NCBI GenBank assembly: GCA_025057275.1
Contig: JANWXQ010000105.1
Span: forward strand, 53,943 to 117,942
Direction of reading: 5' to 3'
DNA: 64,000 nucleotides
Origin: Chitinophagales bacterium
GTDB lineage: Bacteria; Bacteroidota; Bacteroidia; Chitinophagales; UBA10324
Positions 45,166-54,189 of the stretch are shown in pieces. Below the pieces are notes generated by a model. The model ran no database searches. It worked only from the letters and a program-made list of their open reading frames with translations, and was not told the DNA's origin. The translations under genes were made by a program, and so were the position numbers. Positions within the stretch are counted from its first letter, which is position 1; the number at the start of each line of letters is the position of its first letter.

Positions 45166-46086
45166 GTGAATCCGGTGCATGACCTTGCAGCTCGAATTCG
45201 CGGCGGTGATGCGTCTGCCCTAGCCCGCGCCATCACCTGGGTGGAAAACGATGACGAGAGAGGACTGAAGCTCTTGGAGCAACTGCCGGCCGGCAACATT
45301 CCCGTTCTGGGGATAACAGGCCCTCCGGGAGCAGGTAAAAGCACGCTCGTTGATGCCCTCGTTCAGCTATGGGTAAATGAGGGCCGACAGATAGCCGTTC
45401 TGGCCGTTGACCCCAGCGCTCCCGATGGCAACGGCAGCCTGCTGGGTGACCGCATCCGTTTGGCCCGTCACTTCCTTAACCCACAGGTATTCATCCGATC
45501 CGTTTCCAGCCGTGGTGCATCCGGTGGCCTCAGCGACCATGCCCTGGACATCATCTATCTGTTGCAGCAGGCTCCGTTTGATCTGATCATGGTTGAAACC
45601 GTAGGCATCGGTCAAACCGAACTGGACATTGCCTCTTTCGCCGACTGCACCGTAGTGGTGCTTACACCGCAAGCAGGCGATGAGGTTCAAGCCATGAAGT
45701 CCGGATTGATGGATGTGGCAGATGTTTTTGTGGTCAATAAAGGCGATCTGGTCGGGGCCGAATGGTTTGCCAGTCAGCTGCGCCAGCATGCAGCGCTTCG
45801 CCGTTCAGGCAAAAAGCATAAGAAGACAGAACCCACCCCTGTGCTGCTTACTGTGGCCACCACCGAACAGGGGATTGACTCCCTGAGCCGACTGTTGGAC
45901 ACACTGTTAGCTGATGATGCTCCTGCTGAGCAGCGTCAACAGATACTGACCCTTCGTTTGCGGCGATTGATCGCAAGGGAATGGATGAAAAAGCTACCCG
46001 AAGAACAACTTCGCATGGCTATTGCACAGGCTCCGCAACCGGTTCATCTGTATCGGTTGGCCTGCCAACTGGCTGAACGGATTTGA
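45166..46086 (+). CDS. meaB: MeaB/ArgK-type G3E-family GTPase (methylmalonyl-CoA mutase-associated chaperone family)
   Basis: 306 aa with a GTG start. ALARAITWVEND is followed by the P-loop GITGPPGAGKSTL, then VETVGIGQ and VVNKGD (NKxD). Confidence 0.88.
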   Translation: MNPVHDLAARIRGGDASALARAITWVENDDERGLKLLEQLPAGNIPVLGITGPPGAGKSTLVDALVQLWVNEGRQIAVLAVDPSAPDGNGSLLGDRIRLARHFLNPQVFIRSVSSRGASGGLSDHALDIIYLLQQAPFDLIMVETVGIGQTELDIASFADCTVVVLTPQAGDEVQAMKSGLMDVADVFVVNKGDLVGAEWFASQLRQHAALRRSGKKHKKTEPTPVLLTVATTEQGIDSLSRLLDTLLADDAPAEQRQQILTLRLRRLIAREWMKKLPEEQLRMAIAQAPQPVHLYRLACQLAERI

Positions 46087-46112
46087 TATAAACGTATAAT
46101 TATTTTTTTACT

Positions 46113-46994
46113 TTATGTAAGGCTTACCGGCCGCAGGTCTTTCCATAACGGACTGGGAAAAAGGCCCTCCTGCACCCATCGCTGCAACAGCTGACTCACC
46201 CGGTAACGATCGTCGGGGAAAGTCAATCCCGTCCATTCGTCTGATGCCGGCACGGCCTGCAGGCTAATTCTTCCCTGATCCATTAACGAACAAAGGGCCT
46301 GCGCCAGGGTTAACTCGCCATCGTGCAGGTTATGCTGTTCAAAAACCGCTACTTCCCTGCTTATTTCATCATACACATCTTTATGCAACGCCCAGCAATT
46401 CATGGAAACCGGTTGGTGCGGCGAAACTTCCCGTCTGCCTTCAGGCAGCACCTGAATGCATTTTTCCTGTTCCCGAAGCACCTGTGCTTCGTGCACGCTG
46501 CTGACTCGTCCTTCCGTGTCATGGGGGCAAAAGGCCCTCCAGACCGGTCGATGATCCGTAACGGTAGCGGCCAATTCGTAAACCGCAACGGCCTGTTGCT
46601 GTGACGGCTTATCCGCTTCGCACCAGCTGACCATGCGGGCCAGGGTCTTTCTGCCGTAGTAATCATCGCCATTCACCACCACAAACCGGCCGGACAGCCT
46701 TGCGGCCCCTGCCAGCACTGCAGCAGCCGTTCCCGACGGACGCTTCCTGGCTGCAGCAACAGGCTGAATTACCGTTTGAACAGGAAGACGGTTGTGCAAC
46801 CAACCCAGCCTTGCGACCATCAGGTTTTCCAGGCCGCTTCCGGTCACAATCACTACGCAGGAGCAACCCAACAACAACGCATCATAAATCGTGTATTCCA
46901 AGAGCCATTCACCAGAAGGACCTACGGGCGCAATGATTTTGTTGCTACCGAACCGGCGGCTGCTTCCTGCCGCCAGTATAACCAGCGACCACAT
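46113..46994 (-). CDS. Sugar-phosphate nucleotidyltransferase-family protein (substrate unknown)
   Basis: 293 aa. The N-terminus LVILAAGSSRRFGSNKI matches the NTP-transferase G-rich loop. GTAAAVL and VVNGDDYY follow. I do not recognise the C-terminal ~100 aa. Confidence 0.7.
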   Translation of the reverse strand: MWSLVILAAGSSRRFGSNKIIAPVGPSGEWLLEYTIYDALLLGCSCVVIVTGSGLENLMVARLGWLHNRLPVQTVIQPVAAARKRPSGTAAAVLAGAARLSGRFVVVNGDDYYGRKTLARMVSWCEADKPSQQQAVAVYELAATVTDHRPVWRAFCPHDTEGRVSSVHEAQVLREQEKCIQVLPEGRREVSPHQPVSMNCWALHKDVYDEISREVAVFEQHNLHDGELTLAQALCSLMDQGRISLQAVPASDEWTGLTFPDDRYRVSQLLQRWVQEGLFPSPLWKDLRPVSLT

Positions 46995-47066
46995 GACGAG
47001 CGTTTAAAATTAGCTTCCCGTGCACTTGCACGGCGATCCTCCAGGTTGTTTCTTTCGCTGCCGTTC

Positions 47067-48338
47067 ATGTCTCTTCCTGCAAAAAGCAAACCCTGGCAAC
47101 AGCCCATCGTCCTGATGGGCGGGCTGTTTTTTCTTTTTGGATTTATCACCTGGCTTAATGCAGCTCTCATTCCTTATCTGAAGCTGGCCTGCGAACTGAC
47201 CAATCTGGAATCGTATCTGGTTGATTTTGCCTGTTACATTTCTTATTTCGTTATGGCTATTCCATCGTCATGGGTACTGCAGCGGACGCATCTCAAAAAA
47301 GGCATGGTGTTGGGGCTGCTGGTCATGGCCGTAGGTACGCTTTTGTTTTTACCCGCAGCTTACACGCGCACGTACGGTCTGTTTCTGACCGGGCTGTTTG
47401 TCACCGGCACCGGTCTTGCGCTGCTGCAAACCGCAGCTAACCCCTACGTAACCCTGATTGGACCGGTGGACAGCGCTGCACGGCGCATCAGCATCATGGG
47501 TATCTGCAACAAGACGGCCGGCGCCATAAGTCCCTATGTGCTGGGGTCAGTGGTACTGGCCGATGCGGATGCCTGGAGCGCCCGTTTACCAGAAGCCAGC
47601 GGAGCAGAACGCGAAGCCCTGCTTCAGGCGCTGGCCTTGAAAGTGGTGCCGCCTTACGTGCTCATCACCGTTGCGCTCTGTGCTTTGGCGCTTTGGGTTC
47701 GCTATTCCCCACTGCCCGACCTGGAAGCCGATGAAAATGAAACGGTAGGCGATCCGCTGCCTCATCGGCCTTCGCTGCTGCTGTATCCGCATCTGGTACT
47801 CGGCGTGGTCGCGCTGTTTTTTTACGTCGGTGCCGAGGTGATTGCCGGCGACACCATCATTGCTTATGGCAGTTCACTGGGCTTGCCGATGAGTACAGCC
47901 AAAACGTTTACCACCTTCACCCTGCTGGCCATGCTGGCCGGTTACTTATTGGGGGTTTTCACTATTCCACGCTACATCCGTCAGGAAAAGTTTTTGCTTC
48001 TGTCCTCTGCGCTTGGATTGTTGTTGTCTGTGACCGCATTGGTAACGCCTCCCGCCCTGTCGGTAACCTGCATTGCCCTGCTGGGTCTGGCCAATGCCAT
48101 CATGTGGCCGGCCATCTGGCCGCTGGCACTGAGCGGACTGGGTCGCTATACCAAGTTGGGTTCAGCCTTGCTGATTATGGCCATTGCCGGCGGGGCTTTG
48201 TTACCGCTGCTTTATGGTTTTCTGGCTGACCGCTTCGGCACCCAACAGGCTTACGTCGTACTGTTGCCCTGTTATCTGGTTATTTTCTTCTATGCGTTTC
48301 GCGGCCATAAAATCCATGAGTGGCGTAATATAGGTTGA
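47067..48338 (+). CDS. MFS sugar transporter (glucose/galactose or fucose permease-like, FucP/GluP family)
   Basis: From the ATG at 47067 the product starts MSLPAKSKPWQQPIVLMGGLFFLFGFITWLNAALIPYLKLACEL, typical of the FucP/GluP family. About 12 TM. The track ORF start at 46776 overlaps the divergent gene and was trimmed. Confidence 0.85.
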   Translation: MSLPAKSKPWQQPIVLMGGLFFLFGFITWLNAALIPYLKLACELTNLESYLVDFACYISYFVMAIPSSWVLQRTHLKKGMVLGLLVMAVGTLLFLPAAYTRTYGLFLTGLFVTGTGLALLQTAANPYVTLIGPVDSAARRISIMGICNKTAGAISPYVLGSVVLADADAWSARLPEASGAEREALLQALALKVVPPYVLITVALCALALWVRYSPLPDLEADENETVGDPLPHRPSLLLYPHLVLGVVALFFYVGAEVIAGDTIIAYGSSLGLPMSTAKTFTTFTLLAMLAGYLLGVFTIPRYIRQEKFLLLSSALGLLLSVTALVTPPALSVTCIALLGLANAIMWPAIWPLALSGLGRYTKLGSALLIMAIAGGALLPLLYGFLADRFGTQQAYVVLLPCYLVIFFYAFRGHKIHEWRNIG

Positions 48339-48397
48339 GAGCAAACCGGTAAGATGTAAGGACAATTTATCTATTTGCTTTGGATTCGTTTGGAAGC

Positions 48398-48880
48398 ATG
48401 CGCATCATTGTGCTTGCCGGAAGCAATGTGGAACCGCGGCTGCATTACCTGCAGCAGGCGGTAAAGGGTATAGAAGAAACTATTGGGGCGGTGGAAGGCC
48501 TTTCATCCGTTTACGAAACCGAACCGTGGGGAGACGCTTGTCAACCCTGGTTCTTAAATGCAGCAGTCAAGGCAGTGACGAGCTTGTCGCCCCATCAGGT
48601 GTTGCGGCAACTGCACCAGTTGGAACAGTCCGCCGGTCGGCAGGAGCGAAGCGGACCCCGTCCCCTGGATTTGGATCTGATTTTTTACGAACAGCTCATC
48701 TTGTCCACCCCCGAACTAACGCTGCCCCATCCGCGCCTGCACCTGCGCCGCTTTACGCTGGTGCCGCTGGCCGAACTGGTGCCGAAATGGACCCATCCGG
48801 TATTGCGGCAAACCATAGAAGAGCTGCTAAGCCAGTGTACGGACCGGCTGGCTGTAAAGCATACAGATTACAAGCTATGA
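48398..48880 (+). CDS. folK: 2-amino-4-hydroxy-6-hydroxymethyldihydropteridine diphosphokinase
   Basis: It starts MRIIVLAGSNVEPRLHYLQQA. It also contains SSVYETEPWG, RPLDLDLI, LTLPHPRLHLRRFTLVPLAEL. An ATG at 48398 was chosen; the track start at 48380 is a TTG. Confidence 0.88.
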   Translation: MRIIVLAGSNVEPRLHYLQQAVKGIEETIGAVEGLSSVYETEPWGDACQPWFLNAAVKAVTSLSPHQVLRQLHQLEQSAGRQERSGPRPLDLDLIFYEQLILSTPELTLPHPRLHLRRFTLVPLAELVPKWTHPVLRQTIEELLSQCTDRLAVKHTDYKL

Positions 48881-48933
48881 AACAGTAAACATTAAGACTG
48901 AGGGGAAGCACATCGTCGCAAAGGAGGTGCAAC

Positions 48934-51693
48934 CTATTTAAGCAGCTCATTCGCCTTTCGCTGCGCTTCATTGAGCACTTTCTGTGCTTCCTTATCAGCT
49001 GCATCAATAATCGCCTGAGCCTTTTTATCCGTTTCCTGCTTCAGTTTCTTTGCTGCTTCCTGCGCTGCGGCTTTGGCGATCGGATTTTTCGCTTCGGCCA
49101 CCAGCTTGTCGGCCTGAGCGTACCCTTCCTTTTTTAGCTTATCGGCTGCCTGCTGGGCCTGCTGGCGGATTATCTGGGCCTGTTGCTGTGCCTGCTGCAG
49201 TAGGCGATCGGCTTCAGCACGGGCATCTGCCTTCACTTCCTCCAGTTTTTTCTCAACCTGTTGCTCGGCTGCCTGAGTGAGCGTTTCCACCATTTGGCTA
49301 GCCTGTTGCCGGAAGTCGGTGTTGATCACCGGCTTGCTGACGGTGCCTCCTATCTTGACCAGAACCTGCACCGGATCCGGCAACTGCGGACTTGTACCCA
49401 GGGTTTGCTGCAATTTGGCCATGCCTTCGCTAAACACCTGCACTGCTGCTGCGGGTAACTGGGAACGCGGAATGCGCAATTGCACCTGATAGTCCAGGCT
49501 CTGGTCAAAGCCATGCGTTCCGGAGATGATGCTCCTGGCACCATTCCACGAAGTTTCAAAAGGACTGACATGAACGCGGCCGTTTTCAAAACGGAACGAC
49601 AGGCGCACATCGGGCACAACCAGCTGCCGGTACTGCGTCATTTTCAGCGCATCCGCCAACTGCTGCAGGGGTTGAAAGTTGGCTACGGTGATTTGCCGGC
49701 TGGCTAATGTTCCAGAGCCACTGAGCGACATGAGCACGGGCTGCATGCGTTGGTCCAGCCGGCCGCTAACAGCCAGGTCACTGGAAAAACGACCGGAAGC
49801 ATGTCGCGCAATTGGGGCTAAACGCGCCGCTGCATCCACTGCATTAACGGTCTGAACCAGATCCAGATTTTCCAGCTTGAGCGAATAACTGAAAGCAGGC
49901 TCCTCGGGCTGACGGGTGCTGTAGCTTCCGCTCATCTGAACCGAGCCGCCCAGCGTGTTGAAAGCAAGCCGCTGTAGTTCCAGTGCGCCATCGCGGACAG
50001 CCAGCATGCCGTTGACCTGACGGAGTTCCATATACTCGTACAATATCCTTGCGGCAAAGAGCTGTACGGTAAAATCCACGTTGGCAGGAACAGGAATCAC
50101 TTCCATTTTGGTAGTGTCCACCGGATGCGTGGCTGTGGCTGTTCCGGTCATGAATTCATTCAGGTCAATGAGTTGGGAAGAAAGCTGAAGCGAGCCTTTC
50201 AGCAGGTCACTGCGCATGAGGTAGCCCAGCAGGTTCTCTACGGCGCCGTTGGCTGCAAAGTCGCTGGCTCCGGAACGGGCCTGCAACATGAGGCCAACCC
50301 GTTCGGGTCGGAAGGTCAAAAGCCCCTGAGCAATGCTTAGTGGCGGGTTGCCTGACGACCGGTAGTTGATCTGTTCGGCAGCGATTTGTCCGCTGGCCTG
50401 AAACTGATCGTATCGCCTCTGTTCAATGGAAGAATAGCGCCCTTTAAGGGTTACATCGCTGCGCACGACGCCACTGAGTTCCGTGCCTGCAGGCAGGGGA
50501 ACCAGATTTTTCAGATTGCCCAGATTGATCACGCCCTTGACCATGCCGTTGATGTTGGGATCACTGACCGGAGTAGAAACCAGCATGCGCGCATCCACTG
50601 CATCGCTGCCTAATTCGGCGTGCAGTTGCCTGAGGTCAATCATTGTACGGTCCGGATCGCCGTCGGGATTGCTGAGCCGCAGATCCACCTGAACGTTGCG
50701 GATGGCCTGAGGAAGATCCGGATATTGTGCCTGACCATTTTCCACCTTCAGGGAAACTTCAAAGGCCGGATTCTGTTGTTCGCCGTAGGTGCCCCAGACC
50801 CGTCCGGATGCCGATACAGTCCCGCTGGCTTTCACCCGTGCAAAATCGGCCGTGTACATGCCCGGGACCAGGGATAACAGGTGGCGAAAATCGCTGCGGC
50901 CCAATGCCCAGCGTAAATCCATGCGGATGTCTTCCTCCGGCATGGCCAGCCAGCCGTCCAGCGATAAAGGAAGATCATTCAAAACAAATTCGTTTTTCTC
51001 AAATGTATACAAAGCGGAATCCAGATTCATCCTTAAAGTGGCGTCGGCTTTCAGTTGGGCACGGTTCAGATAGGAGACGCCGCCATAGCGAAACTGCAGG
51101 CTACCCACCTGACTTTTAGTAACCAGGGAGAAAACGGACTGGGTGAAATCACCCTTTCCGCTGTGATCCACCTTTTCCAGCCTGAGGAAGGTGCCGGTAG
51201 ATTTATCGTCATAAACCACGCGGCCGTTGCTGATGCGATATGACTGCAGCTCCACCCGGTACGCAGCCTGGCTGCCGGCAGCCGCTGACGTATCCTCTTT
51301 GGTGATGTTGTAGTTGGCACGTCCATCGGTCAGAATATGGATGTACACGTTTGGGTTGATCACTTCCGCCGAACGGATGCCAATGCGGTCGCCCTGCAGT
51401 ACGTCAAACAACGACAGGGTCAAACGCAATTCGTCGGCCTGCAACAGCGTATCTCCCTCAAATACCTCCTTGCCGGCAATCGACAGATCGCCTATACAGA
51501 GGCTGAGCTGCGGAAAACGGCGAATCAGCGACAGACTGACGGATCCAAAATCCACCTTCGCTTCCAGGGATTCGTTGACGGCTGCTTTCACCTGAGCGGT
51601 AAGCTGCTCCCGAAACAACAACGGAACCGTTGCGGCGGCAGCCAACAGCAACAGCAGCACGATGCCCAAAACCAGAAGAATTTTTTTGATCAT
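48934..51693 (-). CDS. AsmA-family outer-membrane-biogenesis-like protein
   Basis: 919 aa with a single N-terminal TM (KKILLVLGIVLLLLLAAAA). A long beta-rich body typical of AsmA/TamB-like proteins follows, then a C-terminal ~130-aa Ala/Gln/Lys-rich predicted coiled coil. Confidence 0.72.
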   Translation of the reverse strand: MIKKILLVLGIVLLLLLAAAATVPLLFREQLTAQVKAAVNESLEAKVDFGSVSLSLIRRFPQLSLCIGDLSIAGKEVFEGDTLLQADELRLTLSLFDVLQGDRIGIRSAEVINPNVYIHILTDGRANYNITKEDTSAAAGSQAAYRVELQSYRISNGRVVYDDKSTGTFLRLEKVDHSGKGDFTQSVFSLVTKSQVGSLQFRYGGVSYLNRAQLKADATLRMNLDSALYTFEKNEFVLNDLPLSLDGWLAMPEEDIRMDLRWALGRSDFRHLLSLVPGMYTADFARVKASGTVSASGRVWGTYGEQQNPAFEVSLKVENGQAQYPDLPQAIRNVQVDLRLSNPDGDPDRTMIDLRQLHAELGSDAVDARMLVSTPVSDPNINGMVKGVINLGNLKNLVPLPAGTELSGVVRSDVTLKGRYSSIEQRRYDQFQASGQIAAEQINYRSSGNPPLSIAQGLLTFRPERVGLMLQARSGASDFAANGAVENLLGYLMRSDLLKGSLQLSSQLIDLNEFMTGTATATHPVDTTKMEVIPVPANVDFTVQLFAARILYEYMELRQVNGMLAVRDGALELQRLAFNTLGGSVQMSGSYSTRQPEEPAFSYSLKLENLDLVQTVNAVDAAARLAPIARHASGRFSSDLAVSGRLDQRMQPVLMSLSGSGTLASRQITVANFQPLQQLADALKMTQYRQLVVPDVRLSFRFENGRVHVSPFETSWNGARSIISGTHGFDQSLDYQVQLRIPRSQLPAAAVQVFSEGMAKLQQTLGTSPQLPDPVQVLVKIGGTVSKPVINTDFRQQASQMVETLTQAAEQQVEKKLEEVKADARAEADRLLQQAQQQAQIIRQQAQQAADKLKKEGYAQADKLVAEAKNPIAKAAAQEAAKKLKQETDKKAQAIIDAADKEAQKVLNEAQRKANELLK

Positions 51694-51763
51694 ATTTTCT
51701 TCCCTTGGATGTGATTCAGAACATGCGCTTTCCCCTATGGAGTTGGATTATCGCGTGCGGGGA

Positions 51764-54115
51764 TCAATGCGCCATTTCACTCATGAACTTGAGCCGCAGC
51801 AGTTGGACTTCTTCAAACGAAAAGTTTTCCCTGCCCAGCTCATTAACGGCTTCCGTTATGGAATCGCTCTGGGCGGTGCGGAAGTAGTCAAACACGGCTT
51901 GTTGCCGTTCCTTATCAATCAGTTCATTGATGTAGTAATCCAGATTGAGCCGCGTGCCGGAAGCTACGATAGACTCCATTTCTTCCATCAGCTCGGCCAT
52001 AGTCATGTTTTTGCCGCGCGCTATATTTTCCAGAGGAATGCGCTTATCAACATTTTGAATAATATAAATTTTATTCGCTGATTTGTTGACCACGCTGCGC
52101 ACCAGCAGTTCGGTGGGCTTTTCCACTTCGTTTTCATCCACGTAGCGTGCAATAAGGGCTACAAACGGACGCCCGAATTTTTCCGCTTTGCCTTTGCTGA
52201 CACCGGTGATGCGCGTCAATTCCTCCAGAGTGGTGGGATACATGGTAGCCATTTCCTCCAGCGACGGGTCCTGAAACAGAATATACGGTGCAAGCTTTAG
52301 CCGGTCGGCTTCGCTTTTGCGCAAATCCTTAAGCAGGTTGAGCAGTTGCGGATCCAGCGCTCCGGTGCCGCCTTCCGGTTCAGCATCTTCCAGATTGTCA
52401 AAATCGTGATTGATGGATATGGGAATGCTGTACGGCTTGGCAAGAAATTTTCGGCCTTTTTCGCTGATGCGGATGACGCCGTAGTTCTCAATGTCTTTGA
52501 TCAGCAAATCGTGCAACAGGGCCTGGCGCAGCACCGAATTCCAGAAATGGCTGTCGTGATCTTTGCCGATACCAAAAACTTCCAACTGATCGTGCCGGAA
52601 CATGGTGACCTGATTGTGGCGGTTGCCGCACAGGATGTCCACAACGTAATCAATGGTAAAGCTTTCATGTATGGCATCCACCACCTGCAACAGGTCGCGC
52701 AGGTATTCTTTTCCTTCCAGTTGCTCTTTGGGGTGCAGGCAATTGTCGCAGTTGCCGCAGTTGTCTTCTTCGTAGCGCTGACCGAAGTAATGAATCAGGA
52801 ATTTGCGGCGGCAGACTGATGTTTCGGCATAGGCCACCGTTTCCATAAGCAGATGGCCGCCCAGTTCACGCTCGTTCTGCGTTTTATCGCGCATGAACTT
52901 TTCCAGCTTTTCGATATCGTGGTAGTTGTAATAAGCCACACACTTGGCCTGCAGGCCGTCGCGTCCGGCCCGGCCGGTCTCCTGATAGTAGTTTTCCAGC
53001 GACTTGGGCATGTTGTAGTGAATAACGAAACGCACATCGGGCTTGTCAATACCCATACCGAAGGCAATGGTGGCCACAATCACATCAATGTCTTCATTCA
53101 GAAACTGATCCTGCCGCTCGGAGCGAACGGAAGCTTCGAGGCCGGCATGATAGGCTGCGGCCCGAATGCCATTCACCGACAGGTATTCGGCGATTTCTTC
53201 CGTGGTCTTACGGCTCAGCACGTAAATGATGCCGGACTTGCCCGGGTTGCTTTTGATGAATCGAACGATTTCCTTTAGTGCCGCATCACGTTTTACCTTG
53301 GGCCGAACTTCATAATACAGATTTGGCCGGTTAAAGGAAGCGATAAATACGTTGGGGTTGATCATTCCCAGATTTTTGATGATATCGCTTTGCACCTTGG
53401 GTGTGGCCGTGGCCGTAAGCGCCATTACGGGAATTCGGTGACCCATGGCTTCTACCATGCTTTTGATTTTCCGGTATTCCGGGCGGAAATCATGACCCCA
53501 CTCCGAAATGCAGTGGGCTTCGTCCACAGCAACGAAGGAAATCTTCAGCTCGCTCAGAAAACGGATGTTATCTGCTTTGGTCAGGGTTTCAGGTGCCACA
53601 TAGAGCATTTTGGTGTTTCCGTCCACCAAATCCTTTTTGACCTTTCGCTGCTGCACCTTGGTTAGGGTGGAATTCAAAAAATGGGCAACGGTGTCCCTTG
53701 TGCTGTAACCGCGGATGGCATCCACCTGATTTTTCATCAGGGCAATCAGTGGTGAAATGATGATGGCCGTTCCCTCAGCTATCAGTGCGGGCAACTGATA
53801 ACAAAGCGACTTGCCCCCGCCGGTAGGCATAATGACAAACGTGTCGTTGCCATCCAGAATGCTGCGGATCGCCCGCTCCTGTTCCCCCTTGAAATGGTCA
53901 AACCCGAAATGCTCATGCAGCGCATCAAGCAACTGCACCTTGCCGTTGAGGAGTTGCACAGGCTCGGGACGCAGCAGGCGCGGGCGGTCGTCTTCAGCTG
54001 CTGATTGTACATGAGCTAACGTTCCGTTTTCCGAAGCTTTACTGGTTTTTCTTTTTCGCGGCCTGATTTCTTTTACATCCGATCCTGAACTTTTTCTTCC
54101 CATTCCTGTTGACAC
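51764..54115 (-). CDS. recQ: ATP-dependent DNA helicase RecQ
   Basis: It contains FGFDHFKGEQERAI, MPTGGGKSLCYQLPA, DEAHCISEWGHDFRPEY, the zinc-binding Cys cluster CRRKFLIHYFGQRYEEDNCGNCDNC and a C-terminal HRDC-like region. GTG at 54115 or ATG at 54103. The N-terminal ~55 aa form a basic extension, so the start is uncertain. Confidence 0.93.
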   Translation of the reverse strand: MSTGMGRKSSGSDVKEIRPRKRKTSKASENGTLAHVQSAAEDDRPRLLRPEPVQLLNGKVQLLDALHEHFGFDHFKGEQERAIRSILDGNDTFVIMPTGGGKSLCYQLPALIAEGTAIIISPLIALMKNQVDAIRGYSTRDTVAHFLNSTLTKVQQRKVKKDLVDGNTKMLYVAPETLTKADNIRFLSELKISFVAVDEAHCISEWGHDFRPEYRKIKSMVEAMGHRIPVMALTATATPKVQSDIIKNLGMINPNVFIASFNRPNLYYEVRPKVKRDAALKEIVRFIKSNPGKSGIIYVLSRKTTEEIAEYLSVNGIRAAAYHAGLEASVRSERQDQFLNEDIDVIVATIAFGMGIDKPDVRFVIHYNMPKSLENYYQETGRAGRDGLQAKCVAYYNYHDIEKLEKFMRDKTQNERELGGHLLMETVAYAETSVCRRKFLIHYFGQRYEEDNCGNCDNCLHPKEQLEGKEYLRDLLQVVDAIHESFTIDYVVDILCGNRHNQVTMFRHDQLEVFGIGKDHDSHFWNSVLRQALLHDLLIKDIENYGVIRISEKGRKFLAKPYSIPISINHDFDNLEDAEPEGGTGALDPQLLNLLKDLRKSEADRLKLAPYILFQDPSLEEMATMYPTTLEELTRITGVSKGKAEKFGRPFVALIARYVDENEVEKPTELLVRSVVNKSANKIYIIQNVDKRIPLENIARGKNMTMAELMEEMESIVASGTRLNLDYYINELIDKERQQAVFDYFRTAQSDSITEAVNELGRENFSFEEVQLLRLKFMSEMAH

Positions 54116-54189
54116 ACTTTTATTGTTATCCGAAATAAAAACGGTTTTTAGCGCAAATCATTGTTTGTTCAGACTTCATCCCGCTGCAG

